Shown here one piece after another: positions 7,027 through 9,575 of a DNA stretch of 9,575 bases. Source of the DNA: Octopus sinensis (taxonomy: Eukaryota); the NCBI RefSeq assembly GCF_006345805.1, contig NW_021827953.1:1-9575 (forward strand), read 5' to 3'. The translations under genes were made by a program, and so were the position numbers. The notes below the pieces were generated by a model. The model saw nothing but the letters and a program-made list of their open reading frames with translations, was not told the DNA's origin and did no database searches. Numbering within the stretch: the first letter of the stretch is position 1; every line of letters begins with the position of its first letter.

Positions 7027-9410
7027 TTAGCAGAAAACCGCCCGGAGAATGGTTTTTCTGCTAGTTATAAATAATATTGATGACCTTGTATAACCATTTA
7101 ACAAATATACTCCTGTTCACCCATATAATTAATACCGATATTATACACAACCATCGTCACATCATTTTCTATCGCCAGTTTTGAGAAACTACATTCGAAA
7201 TACATCTTGTCCCGCTGCTCACACATAGCTGACGATAGTTCACCTTTTGCACAACTCTTCGATTTGATAAATGATTAATTTAACTGTGACTCTACGATAT
7301 CAGCATTTGAACCGATTGAAATTATATTCACTGTTTGGTGGTAGTTCCCTTTGTCGTTCCTTCTTATCTCATTAAGAGAAAGTTAATTCCTCTGAGATCA
7401 CCGAAGGATAGCATGAACACTTCGTCGGATATGAGAAGAGAATTGCAAAGGATTTAATACTCCGGCGTGAATAGCGTCACACAAAGGAATTGACATGGAA
7501 GAAATTGATGTCTCCAGGAAAAGATGACGGAACCCAAACTTGCTGTTCGTCACTTTAACAAATTTCTTGATATTTCTGTGGCTTCGAAGTTCAGAAAAGT
7601 GTTTCCTCTCTCCCTCAAGCAAATTGGGTTTTAATTACGTTTTACCAGAGCTTGGTTCCTTCATAAAGCCATGCCAATGTTGACCACAGAAATAATACAT
7701 TAAAATAAAAGTCGTTGTTTTATATTCACGTTCTTGGTTTTTGCCTACGTTTATCTGGTTTCGAACATTTCTTGGTTCTGAGTGAAATCCTGTCAGCCAA
7801 TTCTAGAATTCGTCAACCCAAATACCAAATACCTTAACTTAAGCATATATATGCATATATGGTGTGTGTGTGTATGAAAGCTGATTTTACTGAAAAGGTC
7901 ATATGTCAAGTGATATGCTAGTTAAAAATAAAAATAAACGCGCCCTTTTAAAGCCTAGCCAGGCTCATGGGGCCCGGTTTCCCGGTTTCAATTACGTATA
8001 TGTTGCCCAGCTAGACGTGATGCCAGTCTATCGCAGCGTTACTCATTTTTGCCAGCTGTGTGGACTGGAGCAATGTGAAATGAAGTGTTTTGCTCAAGAA
8101 CACAACGCGTCGCCCGGTCCAGGAATCGAAACCACAATCTTACGATCATGATGCTGACACCCTAACCACTAAGCCACGCGCCTCCATATGGTAGTTAAAC
8201 CTGAAGGTAATGTATTTTTTGGAAGGAAGAATACATTTTGCTGCCATCTGTCTGGTTGCCAATTTTCACAGAGAGATTTTTGCTCATCTTCTACACGTTG
8301 AATATCTCTAGGTATTCGCTCGAGTGCGCTTCTTCAATGTTCTACGGGATTTTTTTCTATATTCATTCTTCCATTTTGATACTGCATCAAGTTTTAGACT
8401 GCTATAGCCATCACGGATCATATATTTTAAACGATTTTATTAAGTACTTGCTAGGCATTTGAAACAGGATTTTTGTACAAATTACTTCGCCCATTTTGAA
8501 CGGGTCAATGTATTTATATTCTTGCCGAAAATCATTAAAATAGGAGTGCCAAGTAATTGTTATTTGTGGAAATTGATCGAACAACAATATGCCCTAACAT
8601 TTCCAAAATTATTATTTTCCATGATAACGTACGAAACATTTCTGTCAATTTTATCTGAAACCTGTTTACCTCAATATTTTGTCTTGGTAGCGAAATTAGG
8701 CCAAGAACGATTGCAGCTCATACTGGTAAATAAATGTGGCTTTCCAAATTTTCTCGCCATGTGCATGGCATCGTATTAACGCTTCTTTCAGTTTACTTAA
8801 AAATAGTCTAACTGAAGAAATCAAAATAACTGTACGTCCGACATGAGTTCTTTTATTAACGGTAACAATAGCGAGAAGATCGATAAGTCTTTGAAGTTTT
8901 TTCAACAATAAGATGTCGTTGTTGATATCTTACATAATTATTTGACTCAGCTCCAAGCGTCGACAGCTCTTTGCTGAAATAATTTTCTCACAGATAGAAC
9001 TGGGTTATAAATTTTTTAACTGTTGCTTGAACAGTCTTGTATTTCAACATACTAACACTGGTGTCTCTCTTGTTGTTAATCAATTCAGAATTAATGTCTA
9101 ATATTGGCTGACACCTTGGTTCTCCATAGTTATTACGTGTAAGACATGAGATCGAATTTAGAGGTCATTGGTTCGAATAAATGAGAAGCGATTCTTTATT
9201 TCCAGTGTGAATGTGTACAAAAAAAAAAAGGTTCACCATCACTCTTCTTCCAAATCCTTGCCCTACGTTATCCACAGTTCGGAAGTTAGGACTTCTCTCA
9301 TTATTCCAATTTCTTCTCACAATCGTATTGACAAGTGGCGTCGGATTATTTTCGGTTTTGTTGAGTTCCTTCGGTTTCAACTTCTCCAAGCATTTTATAT
9401 ACAATAAGAA
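7027..9410 (-). mobile_element. Fossil Helitron (Rep plus PIF1-like helicase remnants), 5'-truncated, internally deleted and frameshifted
   Basis: Colinear minus-strand peptides in the expected Helitron order: YKMLGEVE (9376-9399), SDGEPF (~9226-9243), RKLFQQRAVDAW (8953-8988), VGRTVILISS (8813-8842), YDAMHMARKFGKPHLFTSMSCNRSWPNF (8692-8775; cf. DAMAIVRKFGKPDLFITFTCNPKW), FGNVRAYCCSINFHK (8563-8607; cf. FG.V.AYVYVIEFQK), RFNYHI|SINE|..SVKS. Then Walker-A-like SGKT (7638-7649), GD/QFLP (~7495-7515), SIKS (7450-7461) and C-terminal VINIIYN* (7061-7084), followed by a hairpin and CTRR. The Rep part is strong; the helicase part is weaker. Confidence 0.82.
7927..8185 (-). mobile_element. Full-length tRNA-derived SINE, copy D (related head, CORE-like middle, tail X), inserted in the Helitron
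   Basis: The reverse complement starts ggaggcgcgtggcttagtggttaggg...ggtttcgattcctggaccgggcg, followed by a CORE-like gttcttgagcaaaacacttcatttcac block and the tail ctgcgatagactggcatc...gaaaccgggaaaccggg, ending in (tttatt)n. A 14-bp TSD with one mismatch flanks it: atatg[c/g]tagttaaa at 7913-7926 and 8186-8199. Confidence 0.92.
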
Positions 9411-9471
9411 CTAGTGGTTAGGATTCCTGGCGTCCACCCAGGCGGGCCGGGTTCTATTCCCGGTATGAGAA
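9411..9471 (+). pseudogene. 5'-truncated tRNA-Glu-like pseudogene
   Basis: ctagtggttaggattcctggcgtccacccaggcgggccgggttctattcccggtatgagaa aligns without gaps to metazoan tRNA-Glu(TTC) as I recall it (CTAGCGGTTAGGATTCCTGGTTTTCACCCAGGCGGCCCGGGTTCGACTCCCGGTATGGGAA). The anticodon stem cctgg/ccagg is intact, the first ~11 nt are missing, and the loop reads CGTCCAC. Confidence 0.85.
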
Positions 9472-9480
9472 CGCATTCAT

Positions 9481-9575
9481 AGGCGCAGGTGTGACTGTCT
9501 GGTAAGAAGTTTGCTTTCCAACCACATAGCTCCGGGTTTAGTCCCATTGCGCGGCACTTTGGGCAAATGTCTTCT
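9481..9575 (+). mobile_element. Second, more diverged CORE-like SINE copy (cut by the window end)
   Basis: Colinear with 4861-4955: aggcgcagg..ggtaag..ccaaccacat..ccgggtt.agtccca.tgcg.ggcac.ttgggcaa.tgtcttct. Confidence 0.9.

Noticed and set aside
9392-9410. Minus-strand TCTTATTGTATATAAAATG as the Helitron 5' terminus
   Set aside because: It overlaps the coding-like YKMLGEVE motif and lacks the A|TC insertion context, so it is more likely a truncation point.

Overview
This is AT-rich, repeat-saturated eukaryotic DNA with no intact protein-coding gene. The tRNA-derived SINE families and TA/CA/TATG microsatellites resemble what I recall from octopus/cephalopod genomes; that assignment is inference and not database-checked. 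From left to right the window holds: (1) a dead DD41D (rosa/Visitor-type) Tc1/mariner transposase on the minus strand with a perfect 288-bp internal tandem duplication; (2) a cluster of tRNA-derived SINEs, including a four-unit (dimer-of-dimers) SINE flanked by one 17-bp TSD; (3) four SINEs with related tRNA-like heads but different cores and tails; (4) two CORE-like SINEs; (5) a long-TIR MITE-like element split by a SINE; (6) a 200-bp foldback element with a perfect 28-bp palindrome; (7) a heavily frameshifted Helitron Rep/PIF1-helicase fossil (minus strand, ~7.0-9.4 kb) that the ORF track does not reveal; (8) a 5'-truncated tRNA-Glu-like pseudogene. The most notable signals are the multimeric SINE, the modular SINE tail swapping, the repeated head-to-head SINE pairs and the cryptic Helitron with a two-way terminal hairpin. 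I see no evidence for a new protein-based system.
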